Source of the DNA: Eledone cirrhosa
Lineage: Eukaryota
DNA length: 64,000 bases
Direction: 5' to 3'
Assembly: GCA_964016885.1 (NCBI GenBank)
Contig: OZ024741.1
Location: 309,132,001-309,196,000 of the forward strand
Both the position numbers and the translations under genes were made by a program. Below, piece by piece: positions 13,392 through 29,365 of this stretch. Every line of letters begins with the position of its first letter. The stretch's first letter is position 1. Below the pieces are notes generated by a model. It did not search any database. It was not told the origin of the DNA and worked only from the letters and a program-made list of their open reading frames with translations.

Positions 13392-13604
13392 TATATATAT
13401 ATGTAGAATTAAAAACAGTAAATTGTGTGTCTAAACTTACGAGGGTTGAAATACCACATTGGTTTGACAAATTTAACCTGAAGCAAACGGAAGATATAGA
13501 ATAGATATACAGACCGTCTCAATAACTAATACTTTCAGCTTGTTAATTACAGGGTATCAATATGAGTTAGTAACTCTGAATTTTATTTGTATATATAATA
13601 TACA

Positions 13605-14497
13605 CGAGGTATGTCAGAAAAGTTCCAGGACTGATGTCACAAAAGATTTATTTCAAACCCAAACTTCACACTAAGAGTTTTCTTCTTCAAAGTAATCCCC
13701 CTGGAGTATGTAACTGTAATCTTAGCTCTCTGCAGCGATCAAACTTTTTTCTTCATAATTTTATATACATGCCCTCTGTTTCAGCTCGTCAAGCAATGAG
13801 CACAGAGCAACGAACAAACTTGAAAACTCCGTCAGAAGCACTGGGATTACTGCAGCAAGTGTATGGAGATGAGACGATGTCACGCTCACGTGTTTTTGAG
13901 TGGTGCAAGAGGTTTAAAGAAGGACGCGAGGGAGTGGAAGATGACCCCAGGAGTGGAAGGCCCTCAACAACCAGGACTGAGGTCAACGTTGAGCACGTCA
14001 GGCAGATGGTGCGTAGCGATCGTCGGCTGACTGTCCGACTGATGGCAAATGAGCTGGGCATGAATCGGCACAGCGTCTGGAAGATTCTCACTGAAGATTT
14101 GGACATGCGGAAAGTCTGCGCGAAGATGGTGCCAAAACTGCTGAACAATGACCAGAAGGGTCGACGCATATAAGTGCGCCAGGACATCCTCGAGCGTTTT
14201 GAAACCGAACCAGACTTGCTAGGGACAGTCATCATCGATGAGTCATGGATCTTCGAGTGCGACCCGGAGGGGACCCGTTTTGAAGACGTGGACGGCATCA
14301 AAAAGGCCGTGACGACGGAACTGCGGAGGATCCCGGAAGAATCCTTCCAGGAGTGCATGCAAGCGTGGCAGAAAAGGATGGAAAAGTACATTAGATTCCA
14401 GGGGGATTACTTTGAAGGAGAAAACTCTTAGTGTGAAGTTTGGATTTGAACTAAATCTTTTGTGACATCAGTCCTGGAACTTTTCTGACCTACCTCG
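13605..14497 (+). mobile_element. Internally deleted mariner (Tc1/mariner) with about 100-bp terminal inverted repeats
   Basis: TIR CGAGGTATGTCAGAAAAGTTCCAGGACTGATGTCACAAAAG... (13605-13705) matches 14397-14497; TA on the right flank, CA on the left. Transposase motifs: FEWCKRFKEGRE.VEDDPRSGRPST, VRSDRRLTVR, KVCAKMVPKLL, DESW, GDYFEG. Confidence 0.95.
13797..14431 (+). pseudogene. Mariner transposase pseudogene (stop at 14171-14173; catalytic core deleted)
   Basis: HTH region and first catalytic D (IIDESW) are present, but CDPE joins directly to the C-terminal GTRFEDVDGIKKAV. The HDNA and YSPDLAP.D motifs are missing. Confidence 0.9.
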
Positions 14498-14554
14498 TAT
14501 ATATATATACATTTGGGGGGGGGGGGGCATCCTGTATATATCTATATATGTGTA

Positions 14555-14587
<33 letters not shown>

Positions 14588-14588
14588 G

Positions 14589-15032
14589 TGTTATACTTTG
14601 GGAGGGTCATGTTGCGAATACGAAACACACGCACCAGTTGCTTTCACTCCAATTTATTATAAATTATATTATAAATTTAAAAAATTTATAAATAAATTTC
14701 TGGTTGGTTGGCTGGTTCCACAACTGGACTGTTGTTCATATATTGTAAAAGTTCTTTTGTTACACATTCTGTGACCTCATCATGTGCTGAGGTCACAGAA
14801 TGTGTGACGAAAGAACTTTGACAATATATGAACAACCGTCCGGTTGTGGAACCAACCAACCAACCGGAAATTTATAAATTTTTTAAAATTTATAATTTCA
14901 TTTATAATAAATTGAAGTGAAACGACTGGTGCGTGTGTTTCTTATTGGCAACATGACTCTCCCAAAGTATAACAATATCGGTTTCAACACACGTTTTCAG
15001 ATAAAAAATCTTGCTAAAAAAATTCAGAAACG

Positions 15033-15033
<1 letters not shown>
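14589..15033 (+). mobile_element. Family F fold-back element (386-bp imperfect palindrome plus tail) in (TA)n
   Basis: Arms 14589-about 14779 and about 14788-14974. The centre carries a degenerate hammerhead-like core: (C/A)TGA(TGA)G-GTCACA(GAATG)TGTGAC-GAAA. Confidence 0.8.
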
Positions 15034-15083
<50 letters not shown>

Positions 15084-15101
15084 CGTGTGTGTGTGTAGAT
15101 A

Positions 15102-15185
<84 letters not shown>

Positions 15186-15514
15186 AATGTTTGTATATGT
15201 TTGTTCTTAGAGGAACAAAGGCAGACAGATTTCTGTATTCAGATTGGAGCCAATCCTTATCATTAGGTTTCTCTTTAGCTTACAGGTGTCTGTAAGATCA
15301 GTATGGGGTCAGTCATGGTAGATAGATTTAGAGGAAGGGGAGATTCCTTAAAAGCTAAATTCTTAAAGGTTCTAGTAAATTGACGAAGATTTAGGGAATT
15401 CTGTAGACAATTTCTAAGTATAATCTAATTCACGAGACACTTGCACGCACACACATGTGTATGGGGGAAATATACTTATATTTGTATACGCGTGCGTGCG
15501 TGCGCGCATACACA

Positions 15515-15560
<46 letters not shown>

Positions 15561-15572
15561 TATACATATACA

Positions 15573-15661
15573 GATTCTCATCTATATTAAAACCTTCATG
15601 CTCTGCGGTGTACTGAGTGCCTTGCTTACTGTGGCTGCCTCCGATTCAACCCGGAATAACG
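15573..15661 (+). mobile_element. Family C element, tail only
   Basis: ATTCTCATCTATATTAAAAC..GTACTGAGTGCCTTGCTTACTGTGG.TGCCTCCGATTCAACCCGGAATAACG matches the reverse complement of 43847-43935. Confidence 0.75.
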
Positions 15662-15680
15662 TGTGTGTGTATGCGCGCGC

Positions 15681-15907
<227 letters not shown>

Positions 15908-16224
15908 TTTATGTTTTTTCGTGTATGTGTGGTTGTATGTGTAGTCTTATTTTATTTTTCCTTTCCTTCTTCCTTCTCCAGCCTCACTTTCATATAGCTT
16001 GCTTTTTTTGTTTTTAAGATCCAAATTCAATAAACAAACCAGGATTTTTTCATTCTGAGGATTGAAAGCAAAACCTTTTGCTTTTAAGAAACCACTGGTA
16101 AATGGAATAATTGCCTTATGTTGTTTATTACATAATAATAATATATATATATATATGTATGTATGTATATATAAGTATATTAATGTATATATGTATATAT
16201 GTATGTAAGTATATTGTATATATA

Positions 16225-16300
16225 CAGGATGTCCCCTCCAAAATGTATACACACTTCAACAACATTCTAATAAATGTATATACATTTTGGGGACACCCTA
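16225..16300. mobile_element. Tc1-like mini-MITE
   Basis: TA|CAGGATGTCCCC..AAAATGTATACACA / TGTATATACATTTTGGGGACACCCT inverted ends; relative at 29535-29633. Confidence 0.7.
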
Positions 16301-16399
16301 TATATATATATATATATATATAAAATAAGTTGACGGAACTAGCATGGGTTTCACTGCAAGGACCAGTTGCATCTCAGCGTACTGAATATATATATATAC

Positions 16400-16790
16400 A
16401 ATATATTAATTGTTTCTACGTTAGGGAAACTATATTTATAAAACCATATTTATTTTATTATACATATTTCAAGGGCAACCAAGGTAAATTATGGTGCGCT
16501 TTCATCAGATAAAATACAGATTTGGTTTATAAATAAATATATATATTTGATTTATAAATAAATATATAAATATTGACATACCCGGAAAAAAAAGACAACC
16601 TTAACGGCTGGAGCTTGCGGGATAGTTTTTGGTTACCCTTGAAATATGTATAATAAAATAAATATGGTTTTATAAATATAGTTTTCATTTATTAATATAT
16701 TGTGTATTTACTCCACTAACTGTTGAGTGCTTTATATCAGTTATAAAATGTTTAAGCTTGTTGAATCCCAACAAATTAAATACAACCTCC

Positions 16791-16791
<1 letters not shown>
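16400..16791 (+). mobile_element. Family D fold-back element (long inverted arm, truncated forward copy and tail) in (TA)n
   Basis: 16400-16482 is inverted relative to 16629-16701. The tail motif ACTCCA..ACTGTTGAGTGC resembles the family B tail; the element ends at (TA)n. Confidence 0.75.
16451..16516 (-). ncRNA. Minimal type-I hammerhead ribozyme (family D)
   Basis: Minus strand: UAUUUUAU-CUGAUGA-AAGcGCACCA(UAAUUUACCU)UGGuUGCcCUU-GAAA-U(AUGU)A-UA^AUAAAAUA. Perfect 8-bp stem I, paired stem II, AUA triplet. Confidence 0.8.
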
Positions 16792-16871
<80 letters not shown>

Positions 16872-16974
16872 AGAAAAGAAACAAATAGTTGCTTGAGGAG
16901 GAGTAAGAGGAGTGGAATCAGAGAAGGGAATGAGAGGTGTAACGGAATCATGTCCATTATCCCTCCTGTTTCTC

Positions 16975-17449
16975 CTCCTCCTGCTGCTCCTGCTGCTGCT
17001 ACTACTGCTGCTACTACTGCTGCTACTACTACTACTACTGCTACTGCTGCTGCTACTCACACCACTACCACCACTACTACTACTTCTGCTGCTGCTGCTG
17101 CTGTTACTACTACTACTGCTGCTGCTGCTACTATTGCTGTTGCTGCTGTTTAACCTTCTCCTCCCGATCTCTATCTTTTCTCCTCCCCCTCCCGACTTCC
17201 CTGCACCTTTCTCTATAATGTCTACTGCCACTACTACAGTACCTCTTCTGCTACACATCTTCGTCGATAATATTGTCGTCATCGTTTTGGCTCAGAACGA
17301 TGATGATGATGATGGTAATGGTAATGGTGGTGGTGGTGGTGGTGGTGACGTTGGTGATGACGGCGATGATGTTGATCTGATAATGTTTCCCGCGATGATG
17401 CTGATGACGCTGCTGCTGCTGATGATGATGATGATGGTGATGATGATGG

Positions 17450-17481
<32 letters not shown>

Positions 17482-17737
17482 TCGTGCTGGAGGTGGTGTT
17501 AGTAGCAATGTTGGCGGTGATGGCGACAACGACAGCGACGCTGGTCATAATGGTCATGAGGATGACGTGTCTGATGATGTTGTCTGTGATGATGTTGACC
17601 ATAGTGTCGTAATAATGGAAGTGGTGGTGGCGGCGATGGTAGCAGTGGTGATGACGATGATGACGATGATGATGATGATGATGCTGGCTGTGCTAATGCT
17701 ACTAATATTGCTGCTTCTAGATTTCTTGTTAGGCCGT

Positions 17738-17787
<50 letters not shown>

Positions 17788-17906
17788 GGTGGTTGTCTTT
17801 GTGGTGGTAGTAGTAGTAATAGTAGCGGCGGTGCTGGTGCTGGTGATGGTGGTAGTAGTAGTAGTAATCATAGTGGTGGTGCTGGTGCTGGTGCTGGTGG
17901 TACTAC

Positions 17907-17955
<49 letters not shown>

Positions 17956-18100
17956 TGTGCTTGTGGTGGTCGTACTGGTGGTGCTGGTGCTGGTAGTAGT
18001 AGTAGTAGTAGTGGTGGTGGTGGTGCTTGTGGTGGTAGTTGTAATAGTAGTAGTAGTAGCAGCAGTAGCAGCAGCAGAAGTAGTAGTAGTAGTTGTTGTA
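16975..18100. repeat. Compound trinucleotide tract (CTG/CTA, GAT/GGT, GTA)
   Basis: Runs of (CTA/CTG)n, (GAT)n and (GTA)n; the homopolymeric ORFs are artefacts. Confidence 0.9.
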
Positions 18101-18452
18101 TTATGTCTATTTTTCTCTATGAGATCAACACAATGGGTATGAGTCCCTTGTCATTATGTAAGGTGGTTGAAAAGCAGATAGTTTATTTAGTAATAAGATG
18201 GTAGTGATACTGGTGGTAGTGGCGGCGGTGGTGTCTGTGGTGGTGTTGTTGGTCGTGTTGTTAGGGTTTAGGTCGTTGTGAGAATATTGTTGGTGCGGTC
18301 TGAATGGTAGTCTGGTAGTTTTGGTGTGAGATTGACGATAGTACTGATGACAGTGTGTTAGTGTTCTATAGTTGGTATAAGTGATAGTATTGGTGTTATT
18401 TGGTATCGTATTTCTGCTAGCTGTAGTAATGTTCGTTAGTTACAACGATAAT

Positions 18453-18563
18453 TGTTTCTACTTTTGGCACAAGGCCAGCAATTACCCAGTGCATTACTGG
18501 TACTTTATTTTATCGACCCCGTAAGGATGAAAGGCAAAGTTAACCTCGGCGGGATTTGAACTC
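18453..18563 (-). mobile_element. 5'-truncated family 1 SINE with 15-bp TSD
   Basis: Direct repeat AGTTACAACGATAAT at 18438-18452 and 18564-18578 flanks the SINE core. Confidence 0.85.
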
Positions 18564-19074
18564 AGTTACAACGATAATGACGATTTCTGTGTGGTTGTAA
18601 CCATTGTAAGCTTTTGGTAGAGGCGGTTCTGACGACACAAGTGATGATAGTAATGATAATTTGGTTTTCTGTGGTGTTGTAATGGCGAAATTAGTATGGT
18701 TAAGTTGATATGAGTGTTGTTGTTGTTAATAATCGTGCTAGTATTTGTCTAGTATTTCTGGTGACGTGTGATCGTAGTATTGGTATGGTTTGTGTGACCG
18801 TATTGTTTGCATATTAGCAATGAACTGACTGATCCTTGTGAAGGTCGGATTAAATTTTTGCAGTATTTATTCTGGTTCAAATGCTGCCGAAGTTAACTTT
18901 GCCTTTCATCTTTTCGAGTTTGATAAATAAATTCCTCGTCCCGTGGACTGGTAGAACATTGGGCGTGATTCCTTGATGTATATCACTTGGCCCTCCGCGT
19001 TCTGAGTTTGCAAGTGACAACATTGGCACCGAGCTCTGTCAGTTTTCGCAGCACGGCTAAAATGAATATCAGTG

Positions 19075-20150
19075 CTCTGATATTAATTTTAGTCGTGCAG
19101 CACTCGTCAGCAAACCTATCCAGTGAATATTGAAGGCCACATTTTGACGAGTTAAGTACCATAATGTCGTTAGCAAATATCAACTGACAGATCATACACT
19201 CGCCGGTTTTGTTACTACATCCAACTCAGCTGCACGTGTCGATCCTATTCGTAAATATTATGAATAAAACAGGTGAAAATGCGCACTCTTTGCGGAGTAT
19301 GACACACATATTGAATGGGTTCGACGTAGCACAATTCACTCAGACCCAGCTACAGACTGCAAGGCCACAAGAAACTGTCCGTTGATCCCATACTATCGTA
19401 GAATTTCCCGCAACATGTCCCGTAGAACGCAATCATATTTTTTCTACGTTCACGAAAAAAAACATACAGCTCTTAACAATACACCTATGACTTCACGAAG
19501 ATCTGCCACGGCGAGATTATGTACTTGGCTGTGTTACGTCTGGAAACCACACTGTTCGTCAGCTAACTCCGACTCGACAATATCTCTACATCTCCTTGGC
19601 AGACACTTAGCGTAGCTGGCGAATAGTCTGCCAGAGTACTTTATTTGCTGATCTAAAGTTGGATTTCAGCTTAACACCAAAGACCCCTCATGTCTTAACA
19701 TTGGACGTCTTCGCTGAGCTGCAACGTTTCGCGCCTACTTGTACCGTGGGTGCATGAAGGAAGATATATTTCCAAGTCAAGCTTTGTAAGCATCTTTCTT
19801 TTCCTCGGATGGCATCCTTAACCTCCTCATTAAACGAGGGGTTCTTCATGCTACTCAGCGCCACACCGGGTCGCATTCCACCGCACCATTTGACAGCTGA
19901 AGTTGAGATTTCCGAGCTGAACAGTATTCATTCCGGTTCAAAGTCCCACGTTTGTTGAGAGAGTTTTCTGAACTTAGATGCACTTGTACCCGCATATGTA
20001 GTTTATACCTTTCCATAAGCCAGCACTTCCCAATTTATCATGTAGATTGAGCATTACCTGCCAGTGTTGTGGGATTTATTAAACATAGGTAGTTGATGGA
20101 ATAAATGAATCATTATTATCGAAACCGATGCAGAATCTATCTTGTGCGCG
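19075..20150 (-). pseudogene. Decayed RTE-like LINE ORF2 (RT) fragment
   Basis: Minus strand: NPSFNEEVKDAIRGK (cf. PWWNEEVK.AI..K), LRKECAFSPVLFIIFTNRI (cf. LRQGCVLSP.LFIIYMD.I), LIFANDIMVL (FADD), LQYSLDRFADEC; many stops and frameshifts. Confidence 0.7.
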
Positions 20151-20569
20151 AAAAGGGGTAGAAATATAAACTTTAGTACGTACAAACACACACACATACA
20201 TCTCTCTCTCTCTCTCTCTCTTTCTCTCTCCACTCTCGCTCTCCCCCCCCCTCTCTCTCTATATATATAAAATTACTTCCTCAAAGTTTTATTCTAGTGG
20301 TGAACCACCAAACTTCAATATATATACATATATATATATATCAGAAAAATGGAGTGCTGCGTGGCTGCACATGGGTTACATATGAATAAAATTAGTCCTT
20401 CATCAGTGATCTTCCAACTTTCATTGGTATTTCATCGCTTTAAAAATCATATACCTCTGGTTGGTGCGAGCAACAACTAAATAAAGTTATTGGGACAAGT
20501 AAAATAGGGTGAAGCGAGCGAGACATATATATATATATAAGATCAAAAGATGGTTAAAAGAGTTCCATG

Positions 20570-20640
20570 TATTTTATTATGCGCATTTCAAAAACAAATA
20601 TCATCATGGGATGATATTTGCGTTCTCATCAGATAAAATA
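20570..20640 (-). ncRNA. Minimal type-I hammerhead ribozyme (family B, left arm)
   Basis: Exact inverted copy of 20763-20833. Confidence 0.85.
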
Positions 20641-20762
20641 GGGAGACATGATATGAAGCTTAAAAAACACTTGCGAGCAGTGAAGTGTTAAATCAACATA
20701 TTTATGTTGATTTAACACTTCACTGCTCGCAAGTGTTTTTTAAGCTTCATATCATGTCTCCC

Positions 20763-20833
20763 TATTTTATCTGATGAGAACGCAAATATCATCCCATGAT
20801 GATATTTGTTTTTGAAATGCGCATAATAAAATA
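20763..20833 (+). ncRNA. Minimal type-I hammerhead ribozyme (family B, right arm)
   Basis: UAUUUUAU-CUGAUGA-GAAcG-CAAAUAUCAUC(CCAU)GAUGAUAUUUG-UuUUU-GAAA-U(GCGC)A-UA^AUAAAAUA. Stem I 8 bp, stem II core 11 bp, palindromic GCGC loop III; predicted cleavage after 20825. Confidence 0.85.
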
Positions 20834-20955
20834 CATGGAACTCTTTTAACCATCTTTTGATCTTATATTATTTATACTCCAGTCGTATAAACTGTTGAGT
20901 GCTACTTATCCGATATTTGCATTGCTTTATTGTGCTACAATAAAACTCACCTCCT

Positions 20956-21017
<62 letters not shown>

Positions 21018-21306
21018 GTATATATGTGTGGTGTGTGTGTGTGTGTGTAATAAACACGTGATTAGAAGACGGCGGTAGAATTTGAAAATTAAATTGATAT
21101 GAATGAGTAACTTTCGCCGTGTTTTACACTGCAGAAAATAGTGTAATAATAACAATGCGTAAAGTGGCGTAAGTTCGATTTCAACATATGCTGCTGCTCA
21201 TAGTTTTACGCCCTGTTATCAATAGACTACCTTTAGTAGTAGTTAAAATGACTATTTCAATTCAGGGCGTGTGTGTGCGTGTATAAGAATATATATATAT
21301 ATATAT

Positions 21307-21476
21307 ATAGGAAAATGTTCAAGACCCTGGCGGCAGAGCTCAAGCCGTTTCGACGAAACGGCTTGAGCTCTGCCGTCGGGGTCTTGCACACTTTTCTATT
21401 ACCCACTCTACTACTCTAAGAATTGAGTACTCCGGTGCGTATGGTCCACCTGGTTACTTACCACACTTCCTTCGTT
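21307..21476 (+). mobile_element. Family A fold-back element in (TA)n
   Basis: Palindrome centred at 21353 (GCCGTTTCG A CGAAACGGC) plus the shared tail. Confidence 0.8.
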
Positions 21477-21644
21477 ATATATATATATATATATATATAT
21501 ATAATGAGTAAGCACCCGACGGCTGAGGTCTTGCTGTTTCCTCTGTCGAAACTGCAAGGGTTCAGCTATTGGGCACTAACTCCTTATAATATCTACACAC
21601 TACTTTCACAAGTTTTGGGTAGTTAGTTAATCAATGGTCTTACT

Positions 21645-22640
21645 AGCCTAAACTTATAACTACCAATCTCTGAGCTTCAATTTTTATAATACTGTTTCGT
21701 GTGTGGAGACCACGGTGGACAACAATATTCAAGGTGGGGTTGAGGCAAAATTAGAAAAGAGAAGGATTATGGTGTGGATATCTCTCGACTGGAAGGTTCT
21801 GATAATCCAGGAACACATTCGGCGGGCCATGTCAGCTTTGCTGTTTATATGAGTGGCCCAACTTATGTTGTTATCGACAATTACTCCCAAGCCTCTGATG
21901 TTGTTTGATGCCACTAGAACTTCACTTAAAGGAAGGGAATATGACAGTTTCGGTGCATCCTCTTTTCCAAAGTGGATTAATTCGAAATTATCCTTGTTTA
22001 GCAGCATATTGTTCTTTTTCGCCCATTGAATAACAGCCAGTAGATCTGATAGAAAACATATCCGGTCACCCACTCTATTGATGACCCCCTGGAGCTTGGA
22101 ATCATCTACAAATATTCTTATGTTGCTGTGCTTGATGACGTCAGTAATGTCATTTATATAGGTAATTAAAATAAGTGGGCCCAACGAAGTGCCTTGTGAA
22201 ACGCCACAACTGATTTTGGCTGGGCTTGATTGTACTCTTTCGACTGCAACATGTTGGGCTCTGTTTGTCAGGAAACACTTGATCCATTGCAGTAACATTC
22301 CAGGAACACCAACGTTGGATAGAGTTTTTTGTAGAATCTTGTGATCAACCCTGTCAAAGGCCTTGCTGAAATCAAGGGTGATGATAACAGTGTTGGAGCC
22401 CTCTCCCACAGCTCTTAAAATATCATTAAAGTGTAGCAGTAGCTGCGTTTGACAGTCCCTTCCATTTCAGAACCCATTGTTGCTTTCAAGGAAGGAAGTT
22501 ATTCGAGATCTCACCACCATCTCAAATACCTTAATGAGTGAGATGGGACGGTAATTCACTACAAGGGACTTGTTTTCCTATTGGAGAACTGGGACAACAA
22601 ATTGGGACAGAAAGTGTTCAGGTATATAACCAGCGTCCAG
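21645..22640 (-). pseudogene. CR1/L2-group LINE ORF2 reverse transcriptase fragment
   Basis: NYRPISL, LDFSKAFDRVDH, CGVSQGTSLGPL..ITYINDI, IFVDDSKL (FADD), LGVIVDNNISWATHI, PHLEYCCP.WSPH; frameshifted. Confidence 0.9.
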
Positions 22641-22984
22641 TGGGTTCCTCCACAGATCAGCTAGAGGAGATGCAAGTTGGTGTCAACACACCTTCAGGAC
22701 ACTGGCAGGGAAGATATCGGGGCCTACTGCTGAGTTGTGTTTATCTTCGTTTATTACCGCTACATCAAGGACGCCAAAACTTATAGTGTATTGGGGATGA
22801 TGGGCCCTATCGTTTTGCGATGCGTAAGCTGTTTGGTTATATATCTATATGTACATACATGCTGTCTGCTTCTGTGAAGATATCTCCTTCTCATTTTATC
22901 CATATAAATATGTATATATATATATGTTGTATATATATATCAACACACCCACCAACACACACATACACAAACACAAACACATAC

Positions 22985-23032
<48 letters not shown>

Positions 23033-23056
23033 ATCTATATGTACATAAATATATAT

Positions 23057-23153
<97 letters not shown>

Positions 23154-23515
23154 AGGGGGGGGGACACGCTGTTGTGTGTAAGCATTTAAGCGGAAAGAAC
23201 TATAGTTGTATATATACGTATATACGTAATATACATTTTACCTATATCGACACTCAAACATACACATACACATGTACACACAGACATACATATCTACATA
23301 CACACACATTAGTGTGAGTATGTATATACACATATTAGTTTGAGTATATATATATGGATATATTTGTATACGCATTAGTGTGAGTATATATATATAGATA
23401 TTTATAAAATCTGTGCTAATAATAAATATTTGCTGTACGGGTTAATATATATATATACATATATGTATATACAACACTTATCGACCCCGCTCTGGATTTT
23501 GGTCTGCGTATTCAT

Positions 23516-23564
<49 letters not shown>

Positions 23565-23911
23565 GATATATAAATACACAGAGACATATATTTATACAGA
23601 ACTATGTGAGTATATATAAATAAATATATATATATATATATACATATATATTTAGATATATAAACACACATAGACATATATTTATACACAACTATGTGAG
23701 TATATATAAATATATATATATTATATGTTCAGCTAAGTACAAATACAAAAATATAATGAATATATGATATAAAAGTGTAGGTAAAGATATGGCTGGCGGC
23801 AAACGTTCATGTATGTATAACATGAATATAATATACAGTATAATGTTCATGAAATTCATTGAACATAGATACATGCCGGGCCCTATCGTTGTACATACAT
23901 GTTTTCAGTGA

Positions 23912-23945
<34 letters not shown>

Positions 23946-24060
23946 ATGTATAAATATATCATTCTGTCTGCTTCTCTGAAGATATCTCCTTCTCACTTTA
24001 TTCATATAAATATGACACCCACCAACATAGACATATACATCGATATGTATATATATATGA

Positions 24061-24096
<36 letters not shown>

Positions 24097-24251
24097 TCAT
24101 ATACATATATATATGAATATATATATATATATATATATATAAATATGTATGCACATATACACACATATATAGTGATCATATCATATATATAAGGTATATA
24201 TATATATAATGTATTTATATATAATTATATATATATATATATAAACATATG

Positions 24252-24294
<43 letters not shown>

Positions 24295-24381
24295 TGTAGG
24301 TATATATATATATATATATGTACGTATATATATATATATATATATATATTTATGTATATATATAAATATATAAAATATACG

Positions 24382-24498
<117 letters not shown>

Positions 24499-24700
24499 GA
24501 ATGCCGACATCTACGCTCGATTCTGAGGTTAGCTAAACGAGTAGGTTGTCCCAGTTTCTAACCCATTGCAGAACACCCTAATTAGTACTCCTGTTCACCC
24601 AAACCTGTGAGTGGTGTACTGTGCAAACGTTTTTTTTGTGTATGTATGACATGTATGTGTATCTGTGCATGTGTGTGATTATATTAAAATAAATAAATGA

Positions 24701-24745
<45 letters not shown>

Positions 24746-24843
24746 CACATACACAAACACACAAATATATATATATAATATAATATATACGTATATATAG
24801 ACATATATTTATAGATACACACATATATATATGTACTTATATG

Positions 24844-24916
<73 letters not shown>

Positions 24917-25084
24917 ATATATATGCACATAAATAAATATATATATATATATACATGCATTTATATATATATATGTATATATATACACATACATACACAC
25001 ACACACATATATATAAATGGGTAAAGCAAAGGCATATACATACATATATATATATACACACATGTATACACCTATATATATATA

Positions 25085-25131
<47 letters not shown>

Positions 25132-25239
25132 ATATATATATACATATGTATATGTATGTATATATATGTATGTGTATATATATATATTTATATATATGTA
25201 TATATGTATGTAAGTATATATGTCTGTATGTATACATAC

Positions 25240-25273
<34 letters not shown>

Positions 25274-25297
25274 TATATATATATATAGGTATATACA

Positions 25298-25367
<70 letters not shown>

Positions 25368-25683
25368 TATATAAATAATTATGCATGTTTATAATAGGTG
25401 ATTCTGGGATGGTAAAACTCCAGTACTTTCGGACAACCCTGATGTCCGACTGAATTATCCCCCCTGACGCCAATAGTTTCGTTTTTACATCATAGGAGAA
25501 CTATGTAAATGTGTACCAGACATATGACTAGGGGACGATGTAATAGTCTTAGACGGTATTTCAGTATGGCCGCTATTCTATGACTACAACTAATAAAGGT
25601 TTACTAAGAGAAGACTAAAACTGTCGGCATATATGTGACTACATATACATATGTGTGTGCGCGCGCATATGTATGTACGTATG

Positions 25684-25716
<33 letters not shown>

Positions 25717-25898
25717 ACATATATATACACACATATATATACACACATATATAAATATGTATATACATATATACATATACATATATACATATACATATAT
25801 ATATCTGTGTATACATATATGTATGTATACATATATGTATGTATAAAAGTATATATATATATATTTATAGAATCATATAAACATATATATGTATATAT

Positions 25899-25941
<43 letters not shown>

Positions 25942-26266
25942 TACATATAAAAGTATATATATATTTATAGAATCACATAAACATATATATGTAGATACAC
26001 ACATACACACACACACACATATATATATACACATATATATGTACGTGTGTGAGTGCGCCTCTTCTTATATATGTGCGATAAATGTCTGTATTTTTCTCAC
26101 ATGACAAAGCTTTGGGAGGCAATGTATGTTTAAAATGTAAAAAAAAAACACCATGGGAAAACTAATTCCATAATACTGAAAACATATACGGGAAGAGAAT
26201 GATGAGCTTTGGTAAGAAAGGTGGTGGAAGGGAGGGAGAGAGTGAAAGGGGTATATATATATATAT

Positions 26267-26461
26267 AATAGTAAAAGGTATGACCCCGACGGCAGAGCTC
26301 AAGCCGTTTCGACGTCTATTTCTGGACCAGAAATAGCCGTCGAAACGGCTTGAGCTCTGCCGCCGGGGTCATACCTTTTCCTATTACCCACTCTACTACC
26401 CTAAGTATCGAGTACTCTGGTGCGTTATGGTCCACCTGGTTTCTTACCACAATTCCTTCGT

Positions 26462-26462
<1 letters not shown>
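26267..26462 (+). mobile_element. Family A fold-back element in (TA)n
   Basis: Palindrome about 26267-26385 (centre CTGG A CCAG) plus the shared tail. Confidence 0.8.

Positions 26463-29365
<2,903 letters not shown>

Larger units (their letters stand above)
20535..20957 (+). mobile_element. Family B fold-back element: perfect 334-bp palindrome plus about 90-bp tail in (TA)n; PLE-like pLTR
   Basis: Arms 20535-20700 and 20703-20868 around a TT loop; each arm contains a hammerhead. Second copy at 44151-44561. Confidence 0.9.

Noticed and set aside
16335-16385. Minus-strand CTGAGA-TGCAA..TTGCA-GT-GAAAC
   Set aside because: The core lacks N7, has extra bases before GAAA, and shows no convincing stem I.
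18261-18272. Telomeric TTAGGG remnant
   Set aside because: Only one or two isolated units; no array.
25418-25460. Minus-strand GGACA..TGTCC-GAAA-GTAC-T hammerhead-like half
   Set aside because: No CUGANGA upstream, and the cleavage position would be G.
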